Shown here: piece after piece, positions 26,701-40,836 of the stretch
How positions within the stretch are numbered: the stretch's first letter is position 1
Layout of the letters: each line of letters starts with the position of its first letter
NCBI GenBank assembly: GCA_040357565.1
Contig: JBDODJ010000019.1
Strand: one strand, 5' to 3'
From: Cercozoa sp. M6MM
Lineage: Eukaryota; Protista; Endomyxa: Ascetosporea
Length of the DNA stretch: 64,000 nt
Translations under genes and position numbers: made by a program
The notes under the pieces: generated by a model
The model's database searches: none
What the model was told of the DNA's origin: nothing
Seen by the model: only the letters and a program-made list of their open reading frames with translations

Positions 26701-26981
26701 AGGGCGTGCTCAAGTACCACAAAGGCAAGCGTCTGCGCGGTGCCGTGTGTCTCAGCGACGCTACTGTGGGCCGTGCCATGCGCGGCGAGACCGGTGTCGA
26801 CCGGCCCTTTTGCATCAACGTGTGCGCTGTGATCCCGTCGCAGCGCAAGTACCTCATCGCACTGCCCGACGAGGAACAGGTCCGTCTCTGGATCATGACG
26901 ATCGAGAACCACATCAAACTGTGCCGTATCGCGCCCGACGAGGTCTTCTGGAACGACGAATGGGGACGCATGGACCACTAG
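23707..26981 (+). CDS. Tandem FYVE-type zinc fingers plus C-terminal PH domain protein (start uncertain; spans an N gap)
   Basis: RWEDS..ACHHC..KKRHNCRVCGHVYCSLC..RVCFGC; second finger GCWMC..PYNCRVCGELLCGGC..VCHSC; PH domain GRALKRGG..WRERRWTV..LKYHK..W-IMTIE. Confidence 0.8.
24345..24680. repeat. AT-only low-complexity tract (TATAAA/TA) inside an intron
   Basis: Seen directly. Confidence 0.9.
25776..25875. other. Assembly gap (100 N)
   Basis: N run, flanked by C-rich intronic sequence. Confidence 1.
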
Positions 26982-27034
26982 CCTACATCTCTAGCCTATA
27001 TCACTAGCCCACATCACTAGCAACATCACTAGCC

Positions 27035-27439
27035 TGTTACTGCGCGGCGGCTCAATGACCCAATCAGTAGAGGAAAGAAGAGACTAAATCATTCAATTAG
27101 ATAAGTCGTCACTCAGTTGAGTCAACGTTAGAACTGAAGGTGAAATACCCCTACTGGGTCTCGAAGTGATCCCACTGGATCTCGACCGAAGGAAGACGTC
27201 CTTGGTCGTAGCAATGCGTTGAAGAAAGACCGGGCTGAAGCCGTGGCGGAGCTTTCTGCTTCTCTGCAAGGACTCTGTCCAGGCAAGATCTACAGCAGCA
27301 GCAATCCACAGAGTCAGTAGTTAGGTCTCAGAGCAAGGTACCAAACACTCTTAAACTCTTTCCTGTCTCAAACTTGTTTAGACATCGCTTATGACCTCCA
27401 CGCGGACGGGTCAGAGCAATGTGAAAATGTGCAGTAACA
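27035..27439. mobile_element. Solo-LTR-like element (TG...CA termini, 4-bp TSD AGCC), copy 1
   Basis: Begins TGTTACTGC, ends GCAGTAACA (9-bp inverted repeat). AGCC at 27031-27034 and 27440-27443. Highly similar to 63267-63640. Confidence 0.85.
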
Positions 27440-27584
27440 AGCCTACATCACTAGCCTACATCACTAGCTTCGTGCACAAGGGCTTGTCCAGTTCAGCTAA
27501 TTTCCGGAAGCGTTTCTGGCGGGATTCTCGATCGATTGAAAGGCTCGCAATGCTCGGACCTAAGATAGATGGATAGGATTCCAG

Positions 27585-28509
27585 ATGCCTCTGCTTCGCC
27601 GACTTTCGTTGAAAGTACGCTCGCCTACACGGCGCAGTTCCGAAACTGACGCAGTCCCGAGAGCTCCCACATTGCAAACAAGCAAGCGTCGCTCTCATCA
27701 AGTGTATCCCACGGTTGTGCATGACGTTAAGAACCTTAGCATTGATGTTGGTTCCTGTATCGCACCCAATGTAGTGATCGATCGTTGTTTTCGATCAGTT
27801 TACTTCAGTATTGACCTACCCGCGCTGTAGGTGGCCAGCCGAATCGCACAACGCCTTGTTAACTCGTGCGGCGCAACTGTAAATGTGTCAGACAGGAACG
27901 AGAATCAAAGGTTTGCTGTCAGACGAAACGCCAAACGCGAAAAAGTCCTTAGATTGCTCTTTGATGTACTCGTACAAAATGACGGCAACAAGAAACAAGT
28001 TCTCCAGCAGAAACACCTTTTGCGTGCAATCAATGCGTTTGGCCTCGCCGAGGACCAGAGCTCTTTTGAAGAGCTCGGACGTGTCAAGGTACAGATGGGA
28101 CTCACTCAGTTCGCAGTTCACATTACAATGTACACCGTAAACTTAGCGAATCCTCAATATCGCTGAGACCGACGATGGCGATGTGCACGTGTCAAAACAG
28201 CACTGGACGCAAGCAATGCTGCTCTCGTTTCGCTCTCTCAGCGACAGAGATTTCGAGTTTCATGTGCAGGAACTGCGCAATGTGTTGGCCAAGTGGGACT
28301 TGGCCGAGGGACAACGTCTCAGTGGCAGTGGCACTAGCGGCCTCAAGTTCGCGAACCGACTTCAGCACCAATTCAAACGAAAAAAGCTGCGTATCGTTCC
28401 AGAATGCGAGCATCGCTGCTCGCACACGACGATGCTGTCGCCGACAGGTGCAGCTTCTCTAGCTAGCGAGCTACGTCTCGCCATGAGCAATGACGAATTT
28501 GAAGCTTGA
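27585..28509 (+). CDS. Degenerate EF-hand pair protein (3 exons)
   Basis: After splicing: LRLLFDVLVQNDGNKKQVLQQKHLLRAINAFG ... VKRILNIAETDDGDVHVSKQHWTQAM, resembling a calmodulin-type helix-loop-helix pair. Confidence 0.55.
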
Positions 28510-28829
28510 TTTTTAAGAATACGCGTCCGTGACTACTCGAATTACAGTGCAGTAATCGACTATATTTACATTGCTTTCCCAGCTGGAGTGGCGACGTGGC
28601 GCGAAATTCTCACGCGCCGAAAAATATGTGTTTTTGAATTCTGCGAAGTGAGTTTCTGCAATTGCAATCTGCGAAAGGCCACACTAGCCAACGGGAGTGC
28701 GCGAGTGCACAAGCAGCCGCTGAATCCGAAATACTGGGGCTTCAGTTCGTCCGTCAGTGTCCGAAGCGACAGTACAGGTGACGTGAATATTGCGCGAAAC
28801 TGGAGCAGAGGCTTTTAGTAGCAGAAACA

Positions 28830-29705
28830 ATGGAAGCAGGTGCGACAAACCGTGACCAGAAACAGCCTTCCAACAACGACATTGCAAGTAGCGAAACTTC
28901 ACTGGGGGTACGTTACTGCGCTTTTTTGGATCGGCCGTCTTCCAGCATTGCTTCGCCGCTCTCGGCGCTTTCGGCCATGTCAAACACTTTCGCGGCACAG
29001 CAGCACACACAAACTTCACCAAACGCACAGGTTTCCTTTTTTAGTGAGACCGTTTTTCAGTTCGACTGAATAAATAAACTAAAGTTGGACGCTTTATTTA
29101 GCAGCAAGGCGGCTTTTCTCCGACGCATTTTCGAGCGACAACGCCCGTGCAGCCTGGGGAAACAACCGCGACACCGTCGGTGACCCCGTCTCTAGAGACG
29201 CTGTTGTTGTCGGCTTCTTCCCCAAACTCGAGTCTCCTGTCATCGTTGCTGCGACAGGTCACTCCAAGCAGCGTTTCTCCTCAGCCACTGTGTTCACTGT
29301 GGCGCTGTGTTTTCACCACTTGGTACTGCCATCAACTCTCTTTGGCCTGAGTCGAGACCCAACGTTCAGTTCCTTCGTGGCGGACGACTTTGCCGTGCTG
29401 CAAGCGCACACACGCACGGTGCATGACATCTCCCTCGACGTGCTGCCCGTGAGCAATCGAGCCGAATCCGCTTCGCCTGCTGATCGCGAGGTAAGTCAGC
29501 TTTGGTATTGAGGCAATGGGATCAGAGGTTTTGCATGCACAGTACTCAGTCGACGGCTGACGCACTGTCTTTCTGTTTCTAGAGCCAACCGAGTTTCTTG
29601 AATTTGATCCAGTTTCTCTACACGGCGGATTCGAGCTGCTATCGAATGATGTCTAAAGCAATCAAATCTAATTTCTCAAGTAGCGTTCAGTCGAGTGAGA
29701 TCTAG
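28830..29705 (+). CDS. Hypothetical Ser/Pro-rich protein
   Basis: ATG plus plausible GT-AG-bounded exons. No motif recognised; boundaries uncertain. Confidence 0.35.
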
Positions 29706-32700
29706 ACCGACGAGATCGGATATGCCCGGCGGCAATTCATGACTCAAGCGTTTTTTACTTTCTGCCTCTTGCATACAAAACCTTGGCGAGCGCAGGTGAT
29801 ACAGATACATGCGTGTGCGTGTCTTTGGGATCACAATTGACTCAGTCAAAGAAGCGCAGAACGTCGTAGCTGGCATCACCCTCAAAAGCCTGGTTTCTAA
29901 AAACACAGTGCAGACATATCAGAGTTTCTGTAAACTCGAGCAAACAAAAGAAAGAAACGCACCGTGCACGCAGCAGCGATCGACGGCCTTCGACCCAACT
30001 CATGGCCTCGTCGTAAGTTTCGGGCAGCACCAACGGCATCTCGCTGGTCTCACACCCGAACGTGAAGGAGAACACTGCCAAAGCAAACATACAGATGCCT
30101 TGAATGCCATTGACAAAAGATGCTGTCGATGAGAATGCACCGTTGCTCAGCACCGACTGCTTCTTGTGCACGTTGGAAGTAAGATCCATAATGCGCGTGC
30201 TCACTTGAATTTGACATGCCTGGAACCAAGGGAAGGCAGCAAGAAGGTCAACACAACACCTCAGTCGGGACACGAGGCTACCTGGGCAGAGGAGTAGACA
30301 ACCTCGGCGTCAAAGCACAGCATACTGCCGATTTCGACCTGGGTCAAAAAGAAAGCACTCAAGAAGAAGCACTCGAAACGGTCAAGTCCATGCTACCGGA
30401 CGCAAGAAAGTGACATCATCAACAGCCAGCAGCGAAGGCGTTTGCGGACAGAACTGGTAGGCCGCGCATCGTGCCTATTGCTCCCAAGAAAGCTTGCTTG
30501 GTCATGACAGGTACAATCAGAGACAAGAGAGGCACCAACTCAAAGGCACGACGCATGAGAAAACCACCAAAGATCTTGTTGGCCATGTTTCTGTGTTTCT
30601 TTCCATACTACTCAACACCCCCCTCCCCTCCCGAAGAATCACAATGTGATACCGTTCCTGTGGCATGCAGATCTCGGTGCTTTGCATCTTGGTCAGGTCC
30701 ATACGGATGGCCTGGATTCAACAGAGAGGGTGTGAACCAAACAAAGGAGAGTGCTCAGGATACCGGTCCCTGGGCAGTGCACTTGAGTGCCTGTCGCAGT
30801 GCCTGCGGATCATCACGCCGCACGTTGCGCTGCGCCTGTCGCTGCGCGAAGAAGTCATGCACTATCGAACCAAGAAACAAGGTCCAAGATATCCAAACAG
30901 GGTCGGAACTTGAATTTACGCAGCTTTGCTTCGTCACGCAGCGGCATCGCATGCGACAGCGACTTCTCCTTCAGTTCGACTGAAAAAAGCAAAACACTGC
31001 AACAACCGAAAGACGCACAAGAATAAGACAGTACTGCGTTGTTTTTGATCGCGTTTGCCACGTGCGAATGCGCGTTTCTCTGCCTCAGTGCTTGGAACGA
31101 CTGGACCGACCTAGGTGCCCAATTATTAAAAGAGAGAATATACAAGAAGGATTCAATTACAGATTCAATTTACGGGAGTGCTGGTGCCAGTTCGAGGGTC
31201 CAGTGCGACCATCAGAAAGTGCGCCTCGGTGATGATGTCATCCGCGTCATTCTCCGGGTGGATTTGCTGTGTCATGAGCGAAATAAACAAAGCGTTATAC
31301 TGGAGTCGAAAGCACACGCACCATGCGAACATTCATCGAGGAGCGGCCAGTCCACGAGACGTTTCCTTCCACCACCAGGTCAGTGTCCCTGGGAGGTAAG
31401 CAAATTACACATCTGTATTAACGGCGAAGATTGATCTACATTGGAAAAGCACGTCGCATATCGATTCTGTCGACAGCAGCGGTGACCATTGTCGGAATTA
31501 GCACCTTTTCTGAGACACAACGCATTTCCAACTGAACTGACGACAATAATCAACAGGAATACGAGTGCAATCAGCAGGAGCGACATGCTCGAAACAGATG
31601 TTTCCTGAGCACAGTTATAGAAGCACTAACAGGTATGAGGTCTGTCCAATAGTACCAGCCATGGCATCCAAATCCTCCAACAAACGGCCGAAGCGAATGC
31701 CGCCTAAGTAAGCTTTTTATTAAGCAAGCTCCACTTCAACTGAACAAGTCATACCGTCGAATCGAGCATACGAATTGCGCATGGCAAGGTTGCTTCCGAA
31801 CGGCAACTTTACTCTGCTCGAATACTCTAACTCGACTCGACTCTCTTCAACGTGCACACCAAAAGAAGCAAAAGCCCAAACTACATGGCAGAGGAATCTG
31901 ATGCTTTTCGAGGTTCCGTCGGCGGCAGAGGCAGGTCTAAATTCACGACAAGATTCTTTCAAAAGAAGTCACAGCGCCAATCAAAGCTACTTTGTGCTTC
32001 CGGGTGCGCTGGGTCGTCTGTTCCGACCTGCGAGAGCATACGAATGCTGGAAAGAAAATTCACTCATTGGAACAGCGCTACCTGGGCCAGACGCTGCTTG
32101 CGTGCCTCCCACATCTGACGAGTCACGCCAGTGCGAGAATCATTTATGTACGAATCATAAGTCACGTCGTAGTCTGTCGCTGCGCAAGAAGGTTGCCAAC
32201 GAAACCAGAGCATCAAATGAGCAAACCTGACGAGACGAAACGGCAAATCGCGGGCCTAGATCGCCGCACAACACGCGCTAGCATGTATCTTTGTGGTTCG
32301 GCACTGTTTGGTACTGTACAGAAGACGTTAAATCAGCTGTTTCCGAGTCGACCTCGGAAACCAGCGGCTCCATGCGGTCGATCTGATCGACATATTAATG
32401 CTGTACGTCGTACGCACGATGCGATACAGTACATTTCAGTAAGGGCCAAACTATGCCACGATGCGTCGCTCGTGCGATACGATGGATGGTGCGACGTGAA
32501 TCAGTCAAATGACAGTGCCCTTCAGATCTCGAGTTCCATGTAGTCGGTGCGTGCGCTGCACAGAGCCCAACTCGACGACAATTCAAAAAGCAATGTCAAG
32601 CACAAAGTACGCGATCTTGGAGCCAGTGTCATCGCCAACAGAAACCCCACGTGCCAGGCGACGGCGCCTTTCCTTGTACTGCACACATGTTTGAGACTCT

Positions 32701-34200
32701 CGGTCAAGAGGAACAAAAGACATGCATGTACTGTACCAAGTAGGCAAATGCAACAAAGCAGCCGAGCACGGCGAAACTCGAGAAGATAATGATGGCCAGA
32801 GTCGACACGCTGATGTTGAATCCACCATCGTCTACTTGCAATTGCATCCGATTCAGCAAAAGAGAGTAAACAACAATAGCGAGGATACCAGGTCGTTCAG
32901 AAGGCTCTGTTGTCGTCGAGAGACAAAGCGACTGCGAAAGACTTGCAAGGAAAGGCATGGTGACACAAAACAAAGATGAGCAAACCTTGATGTCTTCATA
33001 ATCGTTGTCGAGTGAAAGCTGCGAATAGTCGCGAACGTTGCACGGAAGTTCTTCCAATCCACTGCAGGCAGCAGGAAACATATGACCTGGGCCAGACATT
33101 CAGGTACACCAGAAGTGGTACGGATTGTGAGCCACAGTGGTGGCGAGGATGCGCACACTGCCGCCCCTCACGAGCGGTAGATCGAACAGATATGACACAT
33201 GTTGGTCTGGTAGTTTGTTGTGATCCAATCGCACTTCGTTCAGTTGCTGTCACGCGTCACAGCTTATGAAACAACAACCAAACTCTAGCAAAGTCAAGAT
33301 ACAGAAGCAGAGGGCCAAAGTGCGTGCGCTTGTATCGGCTGATCGAGCAAATTATTGGACAACACCAGCGAGGTCAGTTGGTCCAGGTTCGCCCATTCAC
33401 TGACATGTACATTCACACTCACGCACGAAATGAAAGACGTGTAGGCAATATACCCAGGCATGCCGCCAGTGAAATGATTGTTTGACAGGTTGATTTCTTC
33501 CATGTCGGTGTTGCATCCGAGCGAACGCGGCAGTGTACCTGTCAAATTGCACTGCACCAACTGTAACAGCACACACACAGGAAGCCAACACAGGTTAGGT
33601 TAATACAGAACTAGCGCTGAATGAAACGAGCGTTTCCAGTTTGTGCAGCACTTCTGGCAGACTTTCACCGCCAAAGTCTTCGTCCAGCGTACTAGGAACA
33701 GTGCATATCTGCCAGGTTTAAATCCAAACAAACACAACTATCGAAGAAAAGAACGTACACTGAAGACACTCTCGTGTAAGCGTTTGAACAATGAACTTCT
33801 TTCCATGTGCACGGATCCGAGTATCCATCTGAACAAAGTTGCCTCATATTTTTACAAGAACGGTTCGCAACAGTTTCAAGAAAAAGAGAAAGTACGTTCC
33901 GTAAAGTCCCAAGAAGACAGAGCACTGGCGTTGTTCACGCGTGCTGCATCAGCGATCGACCACTACAAGGACAGGCGGCTTTCATTGTCCCTTCGCCGGA
34001 CTGCAAAATCAATACACTGGAGCTGACGAGAAGATTACCAAAGCATCAATCGCTTTCGCAGGAAGACCGGTCCGTTTTCCCCATGCCGCAGCTACGTATG
34101 AACACGTAAGCAGTTTGTCACAAAATTGAAGTTCACACGCACCATCAATGCGGTGCACCAGAGCTGTATCGCCGCAATCAAAAGAATCCGCCATCGACAA
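29676..34200 (-). CDS. Leucine-rich-repeat (plant-type LRR) membrane protein with several C-terminal hydrophobic segments; start uncertain
   Basis: Signal-like WRILLIAAIQLWCTAL; LRRNT DPCTWKEVHCS; LRRs NLTGTLP, INLSNNHFTGGMP, LTSLVLSNNLL; TM-like LLLIALVFLLIIVVSSVG and WISWTLFLGSIV. Confidence 0.65.
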
Positions 34201-34360
34201 TTTTGCCTATCGTTTTCTGACGACGCAAATAAAAAGTGCCGAAACGCTCAGCTGCAAGCAGGTGGTGCTTCACACTCTAGTTGAGAGTAGAGAGCTTCTG
34301 TTGTGGCAGACCAGAGACACCCTGAGCGATGACGGATCGAGAAACGCCTGACCATCAAAA

Positions 34361-36550
34361 ATGGACGATCCGAATAGTCAGCAACTCCATCATCTTCTGA
34401 AGCAGCAAAATCCAGCACTATTACAGTTTTACACGTAAATTCAGATGAACTGCCTGTGTTTTTAGTGGATGCAACACTGAGCGCTGGGGAGATTTTTTAA
34501 AAGAATAATTTTGCTAAAAACGGCGGCAGCGATTTGTCTTTTCTTCTCTGAGAATTAGGAGGGATTTTCAAACGCTAAATGTTTGGCTTTGGTGCTGGTA
34601 CAGTTATACCAGTAGATTGAAGTGTTTGTTGTTTTTTTTTTCTTTGGGGGACACGAGTGTTGGGTTTGGCTAGCCGTGGCTGCCGGTGCGAACCAGCAGC
34701 AAGACGACGTTCCCGAAACGCCGGAGCAAAGGATTTTTCTGGCAGTTTACAAGGCTTCCTCTGCGGTACTCCCTACGACAGCAGTTATTGTCGAAACGAA
34801 GCAAGTGCACACGTGTGCAGGACGAAGTTCGAGCTGCCGTGGCGGCTTTCCGTTCTGAGTCCAAGTAAACTCAGTGCTTTTGCAAAATGTAGCTTGCTGG
34901 CATAAATTGTGCTGCTCTAGTGAGTCGCTGTTGAGTGTACGCGACCAAGGACGCACGCTGCTGCAGGCAGTGCTGATGCCAATCCAGCAGGACGACGCCA
35001 CTGAACGTGCGGAGTGCCTGCAGGAGCTACTCACTCAAGTGGAAGGAGAGAAGAGGTAAAACAAGGGTTTTACGCTCTTTCGGTCAATGCGATCAAGGTC
35101 GCATCAATGCGATCAAGTTGTGTTAAATTAATGTTGTGTCAAATTATGTCGTGTTAAATTCTGCTGAAACAGCTGCACGAAAGCCGAGATGGCGGCGTGG
35201 GTCGCTCACGGCAACTTCAAGAAGCCCACTGATCGCGATCTCAACGTGAGTTTTTCCAGTTTTCTTCAGTCAGAAAGCAGTCAGTTGAGGGTGTTTTGAC
35301 TGAGTGCGATGTTTTGCAGAACGTACAGGTCACACTGCACGGCGTCTCTAACGGTGGCGTGCTCAGCGAAACGGCGGCCAACCTGCCGCCTGCACTGCTG
35401 CTGGCGGCGTAGTTTACTTGCCTTTTTTACTTGCCTGACTCTCTCTTGTTGCTGTGTCTATAGGTCTGTACTGACACTATTGTCTGCACAGACTGACGCA
35501 GCCGACTTCGCCGCTGTCGGTGATGCGCCTGCTGCTGCCGTACGGACGGCACGATGTCCTGCGCTCCTTCTTCAACAATGTGAGTCACTGCCGGACCTCA
35601 GACTGACACCTATCGTCTTGAACCTGTGTGTCTTATCTCTGTGTGTCATGTACACAGAGCATTGTGCACTTTGCCTTGTTTCCCTTCATGTGCTGCGTTC
35701 TTGCTGATTGGTGTGTTTGGAATACTTGTTGACTCTGTCTTTAACTATACACTCTGTATATTGTATGCACACCACAGGGACCAGCCGGAGCACGCCGAGC
35801 ACTCGGTGTGCACCAGTGTGCTGGAGGCGATGAGTGCCGCCGCCGCTGCTCTCTTCGTGGACGCTTTGTCGGCCCAGAACGCGCCGTCCTTCAGCTCTTG
35901 TGTACTCTTGACAAAGTGTGTGTGTGTGTGTGGGTGTGTGTGTGTGTGTATGCCAGTGCATTTGCAGCCACCGTCGCTGGACTTTTTTGAGGGCATGCAC
36001 ACTCTGGACGACCTGGCTGCGCACTGCGTGGTACTCCTGTGCACCTCTTTGGACTCTCGTGCAAGGAGTGCCTTAACTCTGACACAACAGCAGCAGCAGC
36101 AGCAGCAGCAACGGATGACGCAGCAGGAGACAGCGACAAGGCACGCCGACATTGTGCGTCGTCTGGCGGTGCTGCTGTGGCGCTTCGCAGCGCAACTGGA
36201 GCAACGCATGAGTGCCTATCCCTTCGATTTTCATGGTACGCACACACCCATATATCTGTATACACATACATATAGATAATTAAATGTATCTCTATCTCTA
36301 TTTCTCTGTCTGTCTACCTCTCTACTCTCTCTATGTCTAACTATCTATCTATATACATATATATATATATATACATTTATGTATCACTCCCTGTCTATAT
36401 ATCGTCTATATATCTCTATCTATCTATCTCTATCTTTCTAATTCATCTCTCTGTTTATCTATCTCTTCACCTATCTCTCTATCCACCTATCTATCAATCT
36501 ACCTATCCATCTATCTATCCATCTATCTATGCACCTATCTCTCCATGTTA

Positions 36551-36588
<38 letters not shown>

Positions 36589-39018
36589 TATATATATATA
36601 TATGGATACAAAATATAGCGGTGAGCGAGCAAGTGAAGCTGCCGAAGCAGCTGAGCGGACAGCATTTCGATTCGATGGCCGAGCTTCGGACTGCTGTGGT
36701 GTGTCTTGTGTCTCCCACTTTACCCTTCCTCTCCACTCCTCTCCTATCACCCCCTTTCTCGAGACAGAACGCGTGTTTGCCCAACCCGTCAAGTGGACTG
36801 TTTGCCAACACCAGCAACTACGTTGCCGATCAGTTGAAGCACATGGACCACGAGTCGGTCAGTTGTGTCCGGTCGGACATGTCAGTCGGTACATATTAGG
36901 TATTGCTGGACAGGCTGTCCGCAATGTGCGACTGCTGGTGCTCAAGTCTCTGGTTCCCAAGGTCGACACGGACCCGTACTACCCTCCCCACCCCCTTGTT
37001 GACAGTCATATTGATGGGCATACTGTATGATGCAGGACTGAGGTGACACTACACGATACTGCATGCGACATGCAGACGCCCATCGTACCGATCGACTTTG
37101 CCTCAGTCGAGGGCACTCTGGGTAGTCTTTCTCTGCCGACTCAACGTGTGTTATGTCAAAGAGTGAACTGATGCGAATGCAGCCGATATGTTCGACTTGG
37201 ACAACATCACCTCTTCGGCTGATGGTACTTTTGCTCCTTGTTTCATTGTCTATCTACCTCCCTCCTGTTTAGACAAACTGGCAAGCCAGCTGGCACTAAG
37301 GGCACTGCATCAGGTACACTCTGACCCGAACTTAGCTTTACTGATCCTGACTTGATTTGGCTTGACTTGACTTAACTTGATCTGACTTGACTTAACTCGA
37401 TCTGACTTGACTTAACTTGATCTGACTTGACCCTGACTAGAACAATGCGCACGTGCTGTTGCTGCTCAGCAAGGCCGGTCACTCCGTGTTGGATCTGGTA
37501 TTAAGACTGTCCCGGCGGAAGGAGGTATCACTCTACGTGTGTGTGGTAGGACACTTCGCTGTGGTACAACATCTGCGGCAGTCCAACTTGTCCGCTCACT
37601 GTGGCGAACTTCGACGCGCTTGTGCAAGTACTGTTCTCTTTTACCCCCCCCCCCACCCATTTCTCCCCACCCATTTGCATCTCCTCAACAGGTCTCAATC
37701 AAGAGTGCCAACAACAAGAGTAGTCAGTTCGCCGAGTACCTGAGTGTTACGGTAGTGTTTGACCTGTAGTGTTTGACCTGTAGTGTTTGACCTGTAGTCT
37801 TGTGAGTGACCCCATCCTATGTCTTCTCCTTGGTGTGCGTAGTCGGTGTTACACACGGTGGCACGCTGCTGCACACCCACATTCGTGCGGAACTTTGCCA
37901 CTCGTCTGCGTATGCATGGGTACTCGCATGTCTCTGTATATATACATTACATATCTGTATCTGTGTTTATTATATTTATTATATATGTAATTATATATAT
38001 ATATATATATATGATATACAAATATTTATATTATATTTAATAGATATATTTACATATATTTATTTATTTGTAATATATATATATATATACGTATATATAG
38101 TATGTAATAGATATATAAACATGTCTACATGTGTGTAGAGTCACTCTGGACTGGAACAACTGTCACAGCGACTTGGGTCAGTTTAAGGACTCGACGCCTC
38201 TGGCCCAGGTGCGAGTGTGTATTGACATATATTTATATGTATGTCTATATGTCTATATGTGTGCAGACACTGTACAATGTGCAAGGACACAGTGCCTTTC
38301 AGTCGGCGATGGAGTCGGTCTTCGATCTGTCGGTATTGTGACTGTCTGTATCTATCCTGTCTATGATGCTGTCCATGAGTGCACACAAATACAGGACCCC
38401 AGTGTGATCACCGACGACTCCATTCCGCAAGTCGATGCTGACCTCAACGCTCTGTACTAGTGCTATGGAAATGGGGGGAAGGGATGGGGGAGGGGTCAAG
38501 CTGACTGATGCCTTGTTGACCCGCCAACAGACGAAGCACCACACGTGCCGTCTGTGTCGCAAGGGTATGTTCTGCCCCTTGCAGTACAGGGGATGTCTGG
38601 TATCTTCCTCCCTCAGATCTTGCACCGCGAGGGAGCTCGCTTCCGTGCCAAGAACGCGGCCGGTGTGCCTGCCATTTTCCAGACCATGGTGCACCTTGAG
38701 GTAGCCTCTTTGACTCGACTGTATTCACAGGGATGATGTACCTCGTGTGCTTGCAACACAGGACGTGCACCTCATGTACAACAACAAGCGAAGCATGCGC
38801 GACTCCGAGTGTCCCACGGCCAGCTTGCTGCGCAATATCTGGGGTGCCTTTTCCATACCATTGTGTCTATCTATATCAGTATGTATATCTATATATATAT
38901 ATATGTATGTATATTTATTTATATACATGCTATTCTATATCTACTAGGTAATTCGTGATATATATATATATATATAGATATATGTTATAGTTATCTATAT
39001 ATACATGTTATAATTATA

Positions 39019-39056
<38 letters not shown>

Positions 39057-39169
39057 ATCTTATAATTATTATAGTATATATATATATATAGATGTTATAG
39101 TATATATAATATATGTTAGTTATATATATATATATGTTAGTTATATATATATATATATATATGTTATAG

Positions 39170-39210
<41 letters not shown>

Positions 39211-40800
39211 AGGCAGTGCACCTGACGCCGATGCTGCGCGAGGAGTACGGAGTCGACCTGTTGGACATGCAGCTGTGCACCGACCGTATCGAGATCGACA
39301 TCAATGCGTAAGACGCACCGTGTCTATCCTTCCTCAGTGACCCAGTCTGTGTCTGTTAGTGAGCGTCGCCGTCTGTTCGAACGGTACAACGATGCCATCG
39401 CCAACAACAACAACCAGGCCGCCCAGCCGCAACAATTCGGTCTCTTCCGGCAGCACCCACAGGTGCCGCTGCCTGATGTGGCCTTCGACATTGACGCCGA
39501 GTTGGAGTACACTGCTATAGTCACCTAGGCCCAGGTCATGCTCCTTGTTTAGACACGTCGAACAGCGGTCGGAGGTGCCCTTTGAGGATGCCAAGTTCGA
39601 CCTGTGGCGACAGGACGCACGTGCCTGTGTGCAAGCTGTCTTCAGCCAAGAGTGTGCTGATTCGCGTCGTTCCGTCCCTGTCCTACCGACGCACTGGTTC
39701 GACATACACACAAGGAGGGCTAAGAACAGTACAAGAAGTGTGTGTGGGCAGGTGTGTTACCATGAACCAACCGCGTTTGTTGCGTCTGTTGCTGCCTCTG
39801 TTTGGACACAAGGGTAGACTTGTATTATCTGTGTTGAGGAGTACCTGTAGTATCTAGAAAGAGAGGTGTGTATGGAGTAGAAACACCGCTGAATGTGTCG
39901 CCTCTGAGTGCCACACTGGCCTGTGTTTCACCTCGTGTGTCCGACATGACGCGACTGGTGACATTGCTGCTGCGGTACCCTTCCTTCTGTCTCTTTACTT
40001 CATGCTAATCTTTTTACTTCATGCTAATAATACTTACTGTCTGTAGAAACGGCGCACAGCTCGACGAGTCCAGCAGCTGCTTCGACGCCGAGCCAGAGTA
40101 CCAGACGTACATGTCTTTTTCTACCACCTGCATTTGTGTGTGCAGTGAAACGCAGCCCTTCCTCTCTCGTTGGCTTTCAGACTGTACCCTATACATATAC
40201 ATATGTATATATATATACATAAATATATATATATATATGTCTATATGTATGATCTGCCTGTTGTACCAGACCTCCCGAGACTGCAGTTCGAACGCGAGAC
40301 CGTCGTTGTCAATGTTGCTTGGTAGGATACCATTTCTGTATGCATATATACACATACATATACATCTACATATACATATCTATATATATATATATTGTAT
40401 ATGTATATGTATATATATGGATACAAAATGATATAATAATGGACACAGTGCGCCGGTGTCATCTTGGGACACTGACGCTGACAAGATCATCACCTTCTCT
40501 GCACATGCTGTTGCTCACTCGTGTACCCTGACCCCACCGGATGTTTGTTTGTGTATGTGTGTATGTGTTTGTGTCTGCGGTAGTGCGTGCCATCCTGGAG
40601 ACGCAGAGCAAGGCGAAGCAGTGCGTCTGACCCTTGATTCGTTCCTGTCTATGTACCTGCTCTTTGTGCTATCTCAGGGAAGAACTGGTGCGACGCACGC
40701 CTGTCAGCATCAAGACCGCTGTAACATAGCACATATATAAATATCTATAAATATATATAAATATATATATATCTATAAATATATATATATATATATATAA

Positions 40801-40836
<36 letters not shown>

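Noticed and set aside
27585-28818. Fanzor/TnpB-like nuclease suggested by SIDVG, IVPECEHRCS and RSDSTGDVNI strings next to a mobile element
   Set aside because: After splicing, the middle reads as an EF-hand pair, and the ORF stops at 28509 before the putative RuvC-III string. No zinc finger or WED/REC region is present, so the motif matches are likely chance.
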